A DNA stretch of 64,000 nt from Phoronis australis. Its lineage: Eukaryota; Animalia; Phoronida. The number at the start of each line of letters is the position of its first letter. The first letter of the stretch is position 1. The position numbers and the translations under genes are program-made. Below the pieces are notes generated by a model. The model ran no database searches. It was not told the DNA's origin and was given only the letters and a program-made list of their open reading frames with translations. Below are positions 14,240 through 26,382 of the stretch, in pieces. Location: NCBI GenBank assembly GCA_002633005.1, contig NMRA01000712.1, positions 62,001 to 126,000 of the forward strand. Direction: 5' to 3'.

Positions 14240-14336
14240 GTTTCGTTTCAGTGACTCACTGGAGAGAGCGCTGCTTACCAGCAAAGAGGTAGCCATTTTA
14301 CACTCGACAGTGACCAGCAGTCACTTTTTGGTGAGT
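14240..14336. promoter_or_regulatory. Putative bidirectional promoter / non-coding first exons of B9D2 (-) and smORF-NDUFB1 (+)
   Basis: Minus-strand donor G|GTAAGC at 14279/14278, plus-strand donor G|GTGAGT at 14330/14331, and a YY1-like GCCATTTT at 14292 between them. Both flanking genes begin their CDS just after an acceptor site, so each needs an upstream exon. Confidence 0.55.
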
Positions 14337-14827
14337 TTTATGTCCTTACAGATTTTTTGGTTCTCGTCTTCAGGTCATATTCAGTGGAGATGAAGGTGAA
14401 ACCAACTAGACGTCTCATCACCTCAATAGATCATTTGCGAGTCTCTCAAGTGAGCAGGGAAATTGGGACAAAATCATCTCGTTGCATAACTTCTCTCGTT
14501 CTCGTTCTCACTCTCAGACTAGGCACAGAAGAGTCGCAGACAGTTCCGAAGTTCTTATGGGGAACGTAAATAGAATCCTATTATGAATGTTATGATACTA
14601 ATTTTATGAGAGAAAATGGCCTAATACAATTTTTTTAGCTAAACAGCGAAACGCAGCTTTAGTTTAACATGTTACATTGTTACAATAACTTGTGTCTGTG
14701 AGGCCAAGTAAATTGGTAATTGCATAACACATCTATTGCTTATTGGTAATGATAAGGATTGAATTTAACTTAATTGCAAAAGTAAAGGATCAAGGAACAT
14801 CAAAAGAACAAAATTTATTGCCAGGTC

Positions 14828-15094
14828 GGTAGCAGTTGGATACATGGGTCGTGATTTGAGATCCAGTGACTCCCAGTTACTCACTGAGTTACTGTTAGTA
14901 ATTGCCAAATTGGGGCACTAGTCAGATATCAATGGACCCTGATTTAGAGAACTGGGCAATTACTGAAGTGAGTAACAGCTGTTATTTAGTGGATGAAACT
15001 GATTCTCTAAATCATAGTTCATTATATCTGAATAGTGTCGTGATTGGTTCTCTAATCAATTTTAAAACAGGGACCCACCTATCCGATTATTACC
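14828..15094. mobile_element. Palindromic MITE family C (GGTAATAGTCGGATA-type ends)
   Basis: Ends GGTAGCAGTTGGATA / TATCCGATTATTACC with internal dyad symmetry; related copies at 26254-26382 and 56587-56707. Confidence 0.6.
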
Positions 15095-15291
15095 AGAAGT
15101 CTGAATTCGTTGGGCTTTCTGGTTTTAAGTATATTTTCAGGAAAAGTTGTTGCTAGCTACCAGCTAGCATCGGTGTACGGCCCTATGACTTTCGGTTGTT
15201 GCCTGATATAATAATAATTCAAGGCTGTATGAGCATTATCTTGCCCCCCAGAAAGTTGCCACTGAAGTGATTTTCGAGGCTTCGTAGAGTC

Positions 15292-16218
15292 TAGGCAATG
15301 ACCATCGCCTCTGTTGGCCCGAACCAGAGGCGATGCAGAGGCTATAGGCGCTCTGTACGCCGGAAGCTTTTCGGCGAATTATGCCTCGCACCAACTAAAC
15401 CGTCAAAGTCACGTTGTTATTAATACCTTTTGCGCATAGAGGAACACCTTAGGAGGTTGTCGATGTGTTTAATTCCTTCCAACTCGAACAAATACTCCCG
15501 TTATGAAACTTTTTCTTCGAGCAGTCCTTATTTCAGTTCCCAAAATTGTGAAATCAACATTTTCTTTTTTTTAACCAGGCCGAAGGTCAGAAGTTGCGGA
15601 CCTACCGGCAAACTTCGAAAGCTGAGGTTCCCGCCCTGCGTACGTGCTGCCGGGAACCAGCCATGCATTTGTCGTGTTGTTAGACATTAAAATGTCAAAT
15701 ATGTGCACAAAGACTATTAAATGTCATATCAACAGCATTTATTTTTATCAAATACAAACAACAATTCATTGAAATACAATCAGTTTCAAGTAACGCCAAT
15801 TAAAGACAAGTATAAGTGGTGGCATTTTGGAAACGAACATTTGATTAATAAGACCGCAGTGGCTCACCTTTGGCCTATTTAAAGATTGAGGTCATGAAGT
15901 CACATCACCTAGCGAGCGCGGTAAAAATTGGAGCGTGCGTAGTATAAAAATGGTGAGTTCACGACTTTGGGATCTGAAATAGGGACTGCTCGAAGAAAAA
16001 GCTTCATAATGGGAGCATTTGTTCGAGTTGGAAGGAATTAAACACATCGACGACCTCCTCAGGTGTTCCTCTATGCGCAAAAGTTATTTATAACAACGTG
16101 ACTCTGATGGTTTAGTCGGTGCGAGGCATAATTCGCTGAAAAGCTTCCGGCGTACAGAGCGCCTATAGCCTCTGCATCGCCTCTGGTTTGGGCCAACAGA
16201 GGCGATGGTCATTGCCTA
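15292..16218. mobile_element. Mutator (MULE)-like non-autonomous element with long TIRs
   Basis: TIRs of ~270 bp (TAGGCAATGACCATCGCC... / ...GGCGATGGTCATTGCCTA) and a perfect 9-bp TSD CGTAGAGTC at 15283-15291 and 16219-16227; no transposase ORF. Confidence 0.88.
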
Positions 16219-16611
16219 CGTAGAGTCCAGTGGACTGTGGCCTACATGGTGATGTTTTTAAACCCCAAAGTACTTTGGTTAATATTTCAACATTCACAGC
16301 TAAACAGGGGTGAAATGCAGCTTTAAAAGTGTCTAACTGTGTGTGTTTAGAATACTAGTACTTTTCTCCTGGAACAACTAAAATACCTTAAGATCGATAG
16401 GTAACCTATAAAACGTTTGGTCTTCATAATACACTGAAAATCAGATTATTACTCCTTCAGGGATTTTAATGCTGCTGTGGTAAGAAAAAGCTTTCCCTGG
16501 CAGAAAGAAATACTACTCACTTTGAAAGTTACTGATTGCCTGTTCAGTCAATCATTACTCTAGCTTGTAATGATGTTGCTTATTTCAGATTCTATGCTTA
16601 TTTCAGATTCT

Positions 16612-16776
16612 ATGGAAGAGCTGACTTTGGCTCAAAGAGCTCTGAGGTTTTCACGGCGCAACTTTCTGTCTTTCATTTTTCCGGTTGTTGTGTCGTGGGC
16701 AATCTATAGCGACCTGAGCAGGACACGGCGTTACAAGGAATCTTTGAAAGAAGCCATTGTTCTCGAGAAATATTAA
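16612..16776 (+). CDS. Small single-TM protein (54 aa), upstream cistron of the NDUFB1 transcript
   Basis: MEELTLAQRALRFSRRNFLSFIFPVVVSWAIYSDLSRTRRYKESLKEAIVLEKY*. It lies in an exon bounded by acceptor TTATTTCAG (ending 16606) and donor AG|GTAATG (16789/16790). Basic N-terminus followed by one hydrophobic segment. Confidence 0.65.
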   Translation: MEELTLAQRALRFSRRNFLSFIFPVVVSWAIYSDLSRTRRYKESLKEAIVLEKY

Positions 16777-17291
16777 AGTTAAATAGTAGGTAATGTATAG
16801 ATTGTTTGATGTGTGATTTTGTAAATCAGTCATTGGAGAACGTTTTTAACCATATTCACTAGTACAAACATATGCATCAATAACTAAATCAGTCATCTTA
16901 GCTGTTGTATTGAAGTTGTTTGGTTTTCATTCTTTAACAGTTTTGGTTAGAATCAACAACTAGGATAAAATCTCACAGTTTCAGACCTAAACAATTTACC
17001 AAAAATGACCTTTTTAATTTTTCAAAGGTTTTTAACATTATCGTAAATCCCAGTTTTTAAGAAAAAAATCTGATGGCGGCTGTGGTACAAATATTGAACA
17101 TGGAGAAGCATTTAATTTCATGATACATATGTTTCATGGAACATATGTTTTATGGAAAGACCATATAAAGTTTCACTTGTCGGCCACATCATGTCCTAAA
17201 TTGCTGAGATTTTCCGTGAGGTGGTCTGTTCATTTTTTCGTTACCGTTTGATGTATACAATATTCAGAGTTCAAGCTTAGTTGAGAATAAA

Positions 17292-17758
17292 CCCAAATTC
17301 CCTAGAAATCTGAAAAAATATGGAACCTGAAGGTATGTACATTTTAAATGGTAGTACAGGATTTTTTTTAGGTATCCATTCTGCACATTGGGTCATTGAA
17401 CTTGTGAGATGTATTGTAATGACCTGGCATTGCATTAACCCGCTTTAAGATGACACATGTCAAGCCTGTTGAAAGGTTAAAATTATTGGTGGAACAGTTA
17501 TATGAACTTCGTTAAACACCCCCCNCCCAAACTCCCTAGAAATCTGAAAAAATATGGAACCTGAAGGTATGTACATTTTAAATGGTAGTACAGGATTCTT
17601 TTTAGGTATCCATTTTGCATGTTGGGTCATTGAACTTGTGAGATGTATTGTAATGACCTGGCATTGCATTAACCCGCTTTAAGATGACACATGTCAAGCC
17701 TGTTGAAAGGTTAAAATTATTGGTGGAACAGTTATATGAACTTCGTTAAACAAACCCC
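17292..17758. repeat. Tandem duplication, ~234-bp unit x2
   Basis: CCCAAA(T/C)TCCCTAGAAATCTG...ATGAACTTCGTTAAAC starts at 17292 and at 17526, with only a few substitutions. Confidence 0.93.
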
Positions 17759-17960
17759 CTCCCCCCGTTATTTTAATTTCAAAACCTCTGTTCAACTCCG
17801 CTTCCGCGCCCTGCGGGTCGTCCTATTTCCAAAGTCCCCAATCGTTCTTATTACCCCCTTTCTCGTTGGTTCCACACACCCTTTTGTCATCTCGTCATCC
17901 ATGCATCAGTGTTTTCTTTTTCTTGAGTTTTGTTTTTATGCCTTATCCTTTCCAGACAAA

Positions 17961-18143
17961 ATGCCTGGCTCCCTCTACCATATAACACAAAAGATCGTGC
18001 TTCCCTTCTCCTTAGCGGCTGGCACCTTTTTATTGGGACATTACCTGGATAGGCGCAATGATGAGAGGTACACAGACTTCAGGAATAAGAGCAGCCTGTA
18101 TGGTGGCAGAGACTTGAAACCTGGTCAGAAGGCCTGGAGTTAG
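17961..18143 (+). CDS. NDUFB1: NADH dehydrogenase (ubiquinone) 1 beta subcomplex subunit 1 (MNLL), 60 aa
   Basis: MPGSLYHITQKIVLPFSLAAGTFLLGHYLDRRNDERYTDFRNKSSLYGGRDLKPGQKAWS carries the G.YLDR..DE..T.FRNKS.L..R.L.P motif of NDUFB1. Polypyrimidine tract and CAG acceptor at 17953-55, five nt before the ATG. Confidence 0.92.
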   Translation: MPGSLYHITQKIVLPFSLAAGTFLLGHYLDRRNDERYTDFRNKSSLYGGRDLKPGQKAWS

Positions 18144-19063
18144 AAGATGTATAGCCGAACTTGGGTGTTTGTGTGTGCGTCACTATGAGGGCCTCTTTCT
18201 AGTAGATAGCTACTCACAACGTTTTGTTGACTTCAGTGTCCAGACAGAAACTTTTTCAATGTTCTACTAGATTTACCGACATCAACTTAAAGATCTATGA
18301 TCAGTTTAGTATTGTAATGATTGAGGATTGATAACAACGCGTGCTGTAATATATCTCGTTACAAAAACGAACAAAGGGTTATTTGTCTGTCAATTCCTGG
18401 CAACTACATTGTTGTCACAATTCTCTGTATCATGAAATGATGAAGAGATGTGTTCCGTTTATTAATTCCCATGCCGTTATAATTTCATGGTTTCTTCACA
18501 AATATCAGACATCAGAAACTGGTTGGTGCGGTGATGTGAACTATGTTTTCACTAAGAGTTCACTGTATGTAAGAGGAAATGGGCACACAGTTTGTTTTAG
18601 TTGTTTACTTTCACAAAAATATGATAATTGTGTAAACTAGGTTCATGTCGAATTACATATGGCAAAAACAAGGAATGGTTTACATGGTAAACAAAATGTA
18701 GACATTGATTGATAAAAAGTGTCGGTAAATGTACATAGAATTATGAAAGACTAGGCTAAAATTCAAGTATTAATCGCTATACACAGTCACACATCATTCA
18801 CTTGTCCCCAAGTGAGATCATCTCACAAAGTAAAAAATGCTACATTTGTACAATGTCTAGGGGCTAAAACCTAAAGAAAACAAAGACCATTAACAACAAT
18901 AACACTGTCGCTTCATACTGTTGTTACACAAGACACTGTAAGAATATACCCAGGCAACGCGTTTGTTCATACTGCGACTAGCAATCAGTTATTGGCTAGG
19001 AGCACACTGGTTTAAAATGCAGATAGTCACCAAATTGCCATGGAATGAATATTAGTTATTCGA

Positions 19064-22000
19064 TTAATATCTCATTGCCATTAAATTCCTTGTTCGGTAT
19101 TTGGTTTCCAGCTCGGCTTTTCTCAAGTCGTGAGACCTCATTCGAGCTCTGTAGAGTCTCTCGCGCAATTCTGCTCGTTTCTTCTCTGCGGCAAGCTCTT
19201 CATCCAATAGAATCTGGTTATAGTCTTTTTTCAAGAGTTCATCAGTGTTCTCATTGAGATCTTTGTCGAAATCCAGCCCCATGTTGTAGAAATTATCTTT
19301 GGCATCGTTTTCACTGAAGTGAACAGATTTCTTGGGTGTGTTTACCTTCTTTGTTTTCACCAAACAAGGAGTAAGGGGTTGTTTGTTCTCCAGAATTTCT
19401 GTAACGATAAACGTTATAATTCACACGTTTTTTGGTGTAATCTTTACAAAAATAGGATTCCATGATTCATATTTCAAGTTTTGGAAATATTTCCTTGATC
19501 GAAAAAAGCACAAATACAAGATTGTTTAGAGGTTCAAACATTTATTTTTAAATCACAATTATTATTTAACATAAAATTATAAAATACAACTATGAAGTAC
19601 TGAACTAGCAAATTAAATAAATAGGGCATTTCTGTGGTAACAAAAATATTCTGACTAGACTGACAACATAACTCCAAAATAACTCATTTGCCAAACAAAC
19701 GATTGTGATCCCAAGTTACAGTAAGTCATAAAACATAATTGCCAAATTTTTTACTGTTGCAAAGCTGATTTCCTAGCTACAAGTAGTGGAAATTTTAACA
19801 TTTTTGCAGTATAAACCATAAAGGTAACGAACTTGCTTGACGAAACGGAATTTCAGTAATATTGTCTGCTAAATAGATGAAAGATTACCACAGGCATTTG
19901 CTTTAGTGCATTCTTGAGTTATACACAAAAATATATTTTTTTCAAAATATTTGTATGTATGCAACAGAAATCAAAATTTAATATATAAAACAAAATAAGT
20001 GAAAGAAAATTTTTTTTACACAGATAGATAAAACCCCGCAAGTGAGAGCCTCAAAATAAACCTTGCACTAAAGTGCTATCTGTATTGCTTTGAATATATT
20101 ATTGCACAGGAATGTCAAACGAGATTACCGCCCATTTACTGCCCCAATACGAAAGCTATGAAGGACACCTAAAAATTGATCTTAAAATTGTTGCCATGAT
20201 ACCAACTAATTACTTTCTTCCATCAAAAGAAGTTGTGAGATCACCTGCGACTGTAATGCGGTAGATCTATGTTGAAAGGGTCAGTCAACCCTTCGGATTC
20301 AAAGACACCATTTTTTTACTCGCCAATCCCTGTAATTGTGTTAATGGGAATGGAAGTCATTTCTGTCTCGATACTGAAAAGTTTACACTGATAAGAAAGA
20401 AACCCAGTTTCTAATTTGCAGTTCAGGTATTGAATGAGACAGAAATGTCCCCTTAAAAAGTCCCCGTCGCTACAACAACAGTTGATACACAGTTATGTTT
20501 ATGGTAAGCTAAGTCCTCATTATGCTCATCCATGATGCCAATAACCATTTGCGTGTAGAAGTCATCTCGGATGTGATCTGTTGAGAATCTCAGTCTGCCG
20601 GAGAGTTTACAGGTCAGTCCTGAAATTATCAATATCACCAAGAGGGTTTCGAATTGCATCCATATTTGGTGAAACCGTTGGCGACACATATGCTGTGGGG
20701 GTGCCGGGTCGGGGTTTATTGTAACGCAGGGGCGACGGTTGACGACGAGACAATGTCGTCGTTGCTGACGCCTTTTGCAAAGTAGTCAATGCTGGGGAAA
20801 CATTAGTGGTGAACTTTGCACCACGACTATATCTACTCTGTGTTATACCTGGGCTGACTTTGTCCTTTTTCTTATTTTCATAGTCTCTCAACAGCTTTTC
20901 AGCTCTGTAAGACAACACAAAATAAGTTAATATGCACATATCCACTGGCACACACAAGTATTGAACAAGGGGCATGGCACACATGCTGTAAAATCAAAAC
21001 TAATTTTGATGCCAACATCGGCAATTCACCTCTTTGCCCTCTCCTTGCTATCCCTCACACTAAGCATGATTGACTAAGCATAGAAGTAAAACGTTTTTGT
21101 AATATGCAAGGGTTTTTCACCTCCTTGTGCTAAGATAAGATAAACACTGGACTAAACAGTGAAATTAGATTACCAAGTGCAACGATGTCGAAGAACAATG
21201 TTTTTGATTCCAAAAAGGATTGGCAACTTCAAAGGGAACAACGTTCAACCTTTCTTTGTCACACAATACATTAACTTATTCTTTATAAGTAGTCGGCTGC
21301 TATTGAACACTGAAAGACTGTAACAAACTATCTGGTTCAATTGTAAATTTCAGATGGTGTTCTCAATGAGGACCAACACTGTCATTCCTACCGTGATAAC
21401 TTATTCTCCACGTCCTTCTCTCGCAACTCCAATGCTCGCTCACGTGCTGTAAGAGAAAGGGTAACGTGAAAACAAGGAATTAATATTCACACAGTAACGA
21501 GGCTGATTTGGTAGCCATAAATGCAAGTTTCATTCACGACCTGATTACTGACCATCATCCACTGAAACACCAACTTGGAACACATTGAAGGTACGAAAGC
21601 TGTCACAGAAAAATTAATCACCCTTAAAACTGAGCCAAGAAGCAAGACTGGGACGCATTCTGCAATGGTAGACACTTAGGGTCCTTTGCAGAAAGAAATA
21701 TCGTCTTGTGGAACAAATATGGTATGATGTGTCAACGTAGATTTCAGGGGCGGATCCAGGATTTTGAGTTAGGAGGGGCCAGGGCACAGGAATAACAAGA
21801 ATTTTGCCACATGCGAGCGCTTAGCCTCAAAATGTAAGGATGCAGGGGTTTCAAATTTTTGGGTTAGTAGACCTTATTACAAAAAAATGGTAAACGGGAT
21901 TTGTTCAATGCCTGTGCATTGTGCATTCGCCCCCCAAACCCCATGGATGCGTGCGCATATGATACTCCGAACTCCTGAATGGTATCTGGGGGAAATTTTA

Positions 22001-25000
22001 GAGGGACCATGGCCCCCCCCCCTAAATCCGCCACTGGATTTCCCCTAGAGTTCAACACCTCTGCTATACTGACCAAGCCATTCAGTGGCAAATATTTTGC
22101 TATTGTACATCAGTATGCTCACATGGTCACTAGCCTTTCACAAGCATGTTCTTCCTGAACTCACGAGAAATAAGCTCTGTGGAGGTCACCCCTGCCGTGA
22201 AGGTCTATCACATTGTGGAGTATAGCATGTCGTGACTTAATGCGAGCCTATACTGCACTGTTAGACAACAGTGGTGTTCTTGTATTTTGACATAAAAATG
22301 GTGCTTACCGTCCAGCTGTCGCTCGCGCCTTTTTAAACCGCGTTCCACCTCCTTGTTTTTTAACTCCAGGGCGAGTTCCTTCGCCTTGACACAACGATCT
22401 TCTTGGGTGGGGTCGCTGACTGATGGAACTGAGGGTATCTTCTCATCTTCTGACTGGATTCGCTTGACAATTGACGGGTGACACAACAGGTCGTCAATGC
22501 TTGGACGTAGGATCTCCTGGTAGGTAAAATGGGTCATTTAGAAACATGAGTGCAGAGGTCTATTTTCAGAAATTTGATTGAAATAGGTGGCAGATGAATT
22601 TTTTAGATTTCTATTGACAGGAATGGCCGCAGTTGGGATTCAAAGCAGGAATCACCTTCTTCATTTCGTTTCATTTCAATCTGACACAAATAGTAACCAG
22701 AATTTTTTTCATATTCTAAAAGTTTTGTTGTGAAAACACACAATTTCTTAAAACAATGTCTATTACATGGAAGCTCAGGTATAAAACTGTAAATTAAAGC
22801 ATTCATTCAGAACTGCTATTAATCTCTTACGAAAGAACTTCACTTGTCCACCACACCATGTCCAAAATTGGTGAGATATGGTATTCGGTGTTACACCACA
22901 GTCTGGATACCTTTACCCACCTGAACCTTGAGCATCCTAGAGATGACTTGGTTGAGCTCCTCAGAGTATCTCATGGGAATGCGTAGGTAACGGCCGCAAC
23001 GTATCTTCACGGCCAACTCCTTCTGATTGGACGCCGTGAACGGGGGTCGCATAGAGGTCAGCTCGTAGATCATGCAGCCTAAGGACCAGATGTCAGACTT
23101 CTCGTTGTAGCTCATGTAGTTCATCTGCTCCTGATAGAGTTCAAACAACATAGGAGATGACTTCAGAGGTATACCTCATGAAAGAGATTCAAGATTTACA
23201 ACTGAAATTTGGTTAGCTAATTAATCATGAGTGCAGCACAGTCCAGAAATAACTAACAGAAATTAACTTAGTCACTAGCACTTCTGTGAATATTCTCTAA
23301 TAGACTTAAGGTTTTTGCACAACCGAAATTATTTGTCAAAAATAATTGTGTGGAGCGTAAGACCAAATTTTTTACCTTTTAAGATCATATCTTAACTTAA
23401 AACTTAAAAGCCCTAAAACACTTTTCACGAAACCAGCCCTGAGCATCTCCAACGTACTTTCACCCATTCCAGGTTTCATATTGTTAAGGCCAGATAACAA
23501 TGAGGGGTTTTTGTGAAGTTTTTTCAAAACTCGAGTCTGAATAGATTTTTATTTAACAGGCAACTACTTGATGACTATGCACGGCCATATAAAATCCAGT
23601 TACATTAATACTTTTTCTTGGACTTCCTCACAAAAGCATACTTTATTGAGAAACAACTTGGCAAAAAAATTTGGAAAGTAAAAGGTCACAAGCAAGGACA
23701 ACACAGTGAGCAACACGCAGTTGGTGAAATACATTATCTTAAATACCGAAGTAACCAAATGATGTGTGCACCTTTCAGGTAAATTGGATAACAAATGCGG
23801 ACGTGTAACCAATTTACCCAAAGTATTTTCCGAATGGCTAAAGTATAAATTCTACAGTTGGAGAGAAAATAAGTTCTAAAATCATCATTTTTCTTATTTA
23901 AAAAAGATTGCTGCAAATTTTCAATATTTACCAAATCCTCCTTCTGTAACACACACACACACACAGTGTTAATGAGAAAGTAAAATTTTCTCACAAGTTC
24001 CATTTACTGAGAAATTTTACAAACATTTTCCTCTTGCCCGCCATGTTGTTTCCTAAACTGAAGAGTTGTTACCACGAGCAAGTTAAGCTCCTCAATCACT
24101 TACTGGTGACATATAGTAGGGCGTGCCGACAAATGTCTTGGCAAAGCTGGTCTCGTGGTGAAGCACGCGGGCAAGTCCGAAGTCACCGAGTTTGACGTTC
24201 TTATCGGCATCCAGGAAGATGTTGGCTGGCTTGAGGTCACGGTGCAGGATGGCGCGGCCGGCCTTCCGCTGGTGGCATACCTTGAGTGCCTGCACTGTCT
24301 GAACGAGAATCTTCCAGATAAACTCTTCTTCTATGTGAATGCTGCAAAATAAACAGTTATTGATATCAAACACCAACACGCATTATAGCAAATACCACCA
24401 TGCATTACACGATGAGTGAAATTTTGTTCTCAAGCAAATTACCTATCTACAAGGCATAGGGCTAGCAGGCGTACAGCTTGAACACAGCTCTACAAACTGA
24501 AAGGCATTTAGGGCACACTGGACTGTCAATGTTGAATTCTTAATTGAAAGGCACTGGGCTTTAAAAACAAAACCCCGCTCATCTGATCTTGAATTACCGG
24601 TATTGCCAAATGAGCTGGCAACTCAGGTCACAGGTAATCCGTACACACCCCATTTTGGAATCCACAATTTTAGTGTTGGCCAACCTCAATAAACTTTTCT
24701 CGAGTCGCTGATAGTTTTAGAGATCTTATTGGTAACTGAAATACAAAACTATGACAGTAATGAATACCACAAGTCCCAAGCCCTTATTCTATTTTTCTTT
24801 TCCTTTAAGCCAGAATAAACAGCTTTAACATACAAACAGACTGAATAGCCGTGCAGTATCCTTACTTGTCTCGGCGATGCTTGGTGAGCAGTGAAGACAG
24901 GTCGCCGCCCTCGCAAAACTCCATCACGATGTAGATGGTGGCGGCTGCGCGGTCGACGATACGGTCATAGTAGCGCACTATGTGCTTATGTCTCAGTTCT

Positions 25001-26059
25001 CGTAGCAGGTTCACCTCAGATACCAACATCTGCTTCTCACTCTCCGACATGTGTCCATACTCCATCTGTTTCCACACAAGGATCTGAAGGTTCATGGGAA
25101 GAAATGTCGTTAATTGAAACGCTTACAAAATTGTAGACATGTAGGGAGTTACTATACATGCACAGGATCTGAAGGTCAAAGTCATGTAGGACCGCACTGA
25201 CAAGACTGCGCATTTAGCCAGATTAGGTAGAAAACATGTACAATACTGATCTGCCATTAACTGGGTCACATGGAACTTTTTAAGAGTTTTTCATAAAAAT
25301 TACAAAAGTCCCATTTTTAAGAGTCCTACATGCAAAAATAAAACATTTCAAAACGAATCCTAACAGTTTTTCGAAGAACAGTGTACAAAGCATAGTATCT
25401 GAATCTGACCAGCCATTTCCGAGCTATGTCTAATATGAATTTACAACATTTTTCTAGGGTCTTGAATAACTTCAACGAATACAAATGTCACTCAGAAATA
25501 ATTGCAAAAATCAAGAGATGTAAGTATTGCAATCAAGGTACAAGAAACTGGGTTAACAGCATTTGTTTGCTTAAATGTTCCATTCCGTAAGTCCCAAAGT
25601 CAACTATAACTATGCAATGTTATTTGGCAACAGTGAACTTCATTGACAACTACCATTTCAGAAAGGTCCCAGGAGGGTTTGTTGTATCGCAATTTGATTG
25701 TGTTACCATATACCAACACTCAAATCCATAGCTTTCTAACAGCTAGAAAGGTTTTTTGCCCAAAATTTTTACACGCATGTATACACATGCATTTAAGATT
25801 AACTTATAGGTATAGTGTGTGTGTGTGTTTCCTGAATGTTTTTTGCGGCTTTACATCCATCCTTAGAAGTTTTGAGTAAACTATCCACATGAAACTTTAA
25901 AATGTAAAAACGGACTTGTCACAAAGTACAATTTAACAGCATTAGTTAATGAATTGCACTTACCTTTCCATCTTTCTTTCGCCGAATTTTCTTACACGTA
26001 CCATAGGAGCCTGACCCTATTTTACCCAGCACCTCATAATCATCAAGCTTGCACGGCAT
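19064..26059 (-). CDS. NEK2: NIMA-related Ser/Thr kinase NEK2
   Basis: Exons 25964-26059 (MPCKLDDYEVLGKIGSGSYG), 24866-25083 (EKQMLVSEVNLLRELRH), 24104-24341 (HRDLKPAN, DFGLAR, FVGTPYYMSP), 22921-23130 (YNEKSDIWSLGC), 22309-22516, 21392-21446, 20904 to ~20639 (donor uncertain), 19064-19398 (coiled coil ending LMAMRY*, similar to vertebrate ILGMR). Confidence 0.93.
21745..22036. mobile_element. MITE family B (CAGGGGCGGAT...ATCCGCCACTG), 5-bp TSD
   Basis: TIRs plus TSD GATTT on both sides (21740-44, 22037-41). Confidence 0.85.
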
Positions 26060-26253
26060 TATTCTATTACCTATAGGAACAAAATAAAAGTGTGACGGTC
26101 TACTCTATACGAAACTCAAGATTTTTTAACTGCAGTAATTTAACCTTGGCAGAGCTAGAGACTGGTACCTCCTAGACCCCCCCTTTGCTGCTGCACCTGC
26201 CAGTTTCATAACTATTAATGCAACTGCAACTTTGTGAAATTATAATACAACTA

Positions 26254-26382
26254 GGTAATAGTCGGGTCCCTGATTTAAAATTGATTTGATACCAGTTACT
26301 GCCACTGAATAACGGCTTTATTCAGTGGGAATAGGGCTAACTGGTTCTCAAATCAGAGACCCGTTTGTATCCGACTATTACC
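26254..26382. mobile_element. Palindromic MITE family C copy
   Basis: GGTAATAGTCGG...CCGACTATTACC with nested inverted segments (CCACTGAATAA/TTATTCAGTGG), inside the NEK2 5'-UTR intron. Confidence 0.65.

Noticed and set aside
15430-16080. Two similar ORFs starting MRIEEHLRR on opposite strands
   Set aside because: Translations of the MULE-like TIRs, with non-ATG starts.
17736-17960. N-terminal extension of NDUFB1 suggested by the 135-aa ORF
   Set aside because: Runs through a tandem duplication and a polypyrimidine tract; a clear acceptor lies at 17955.
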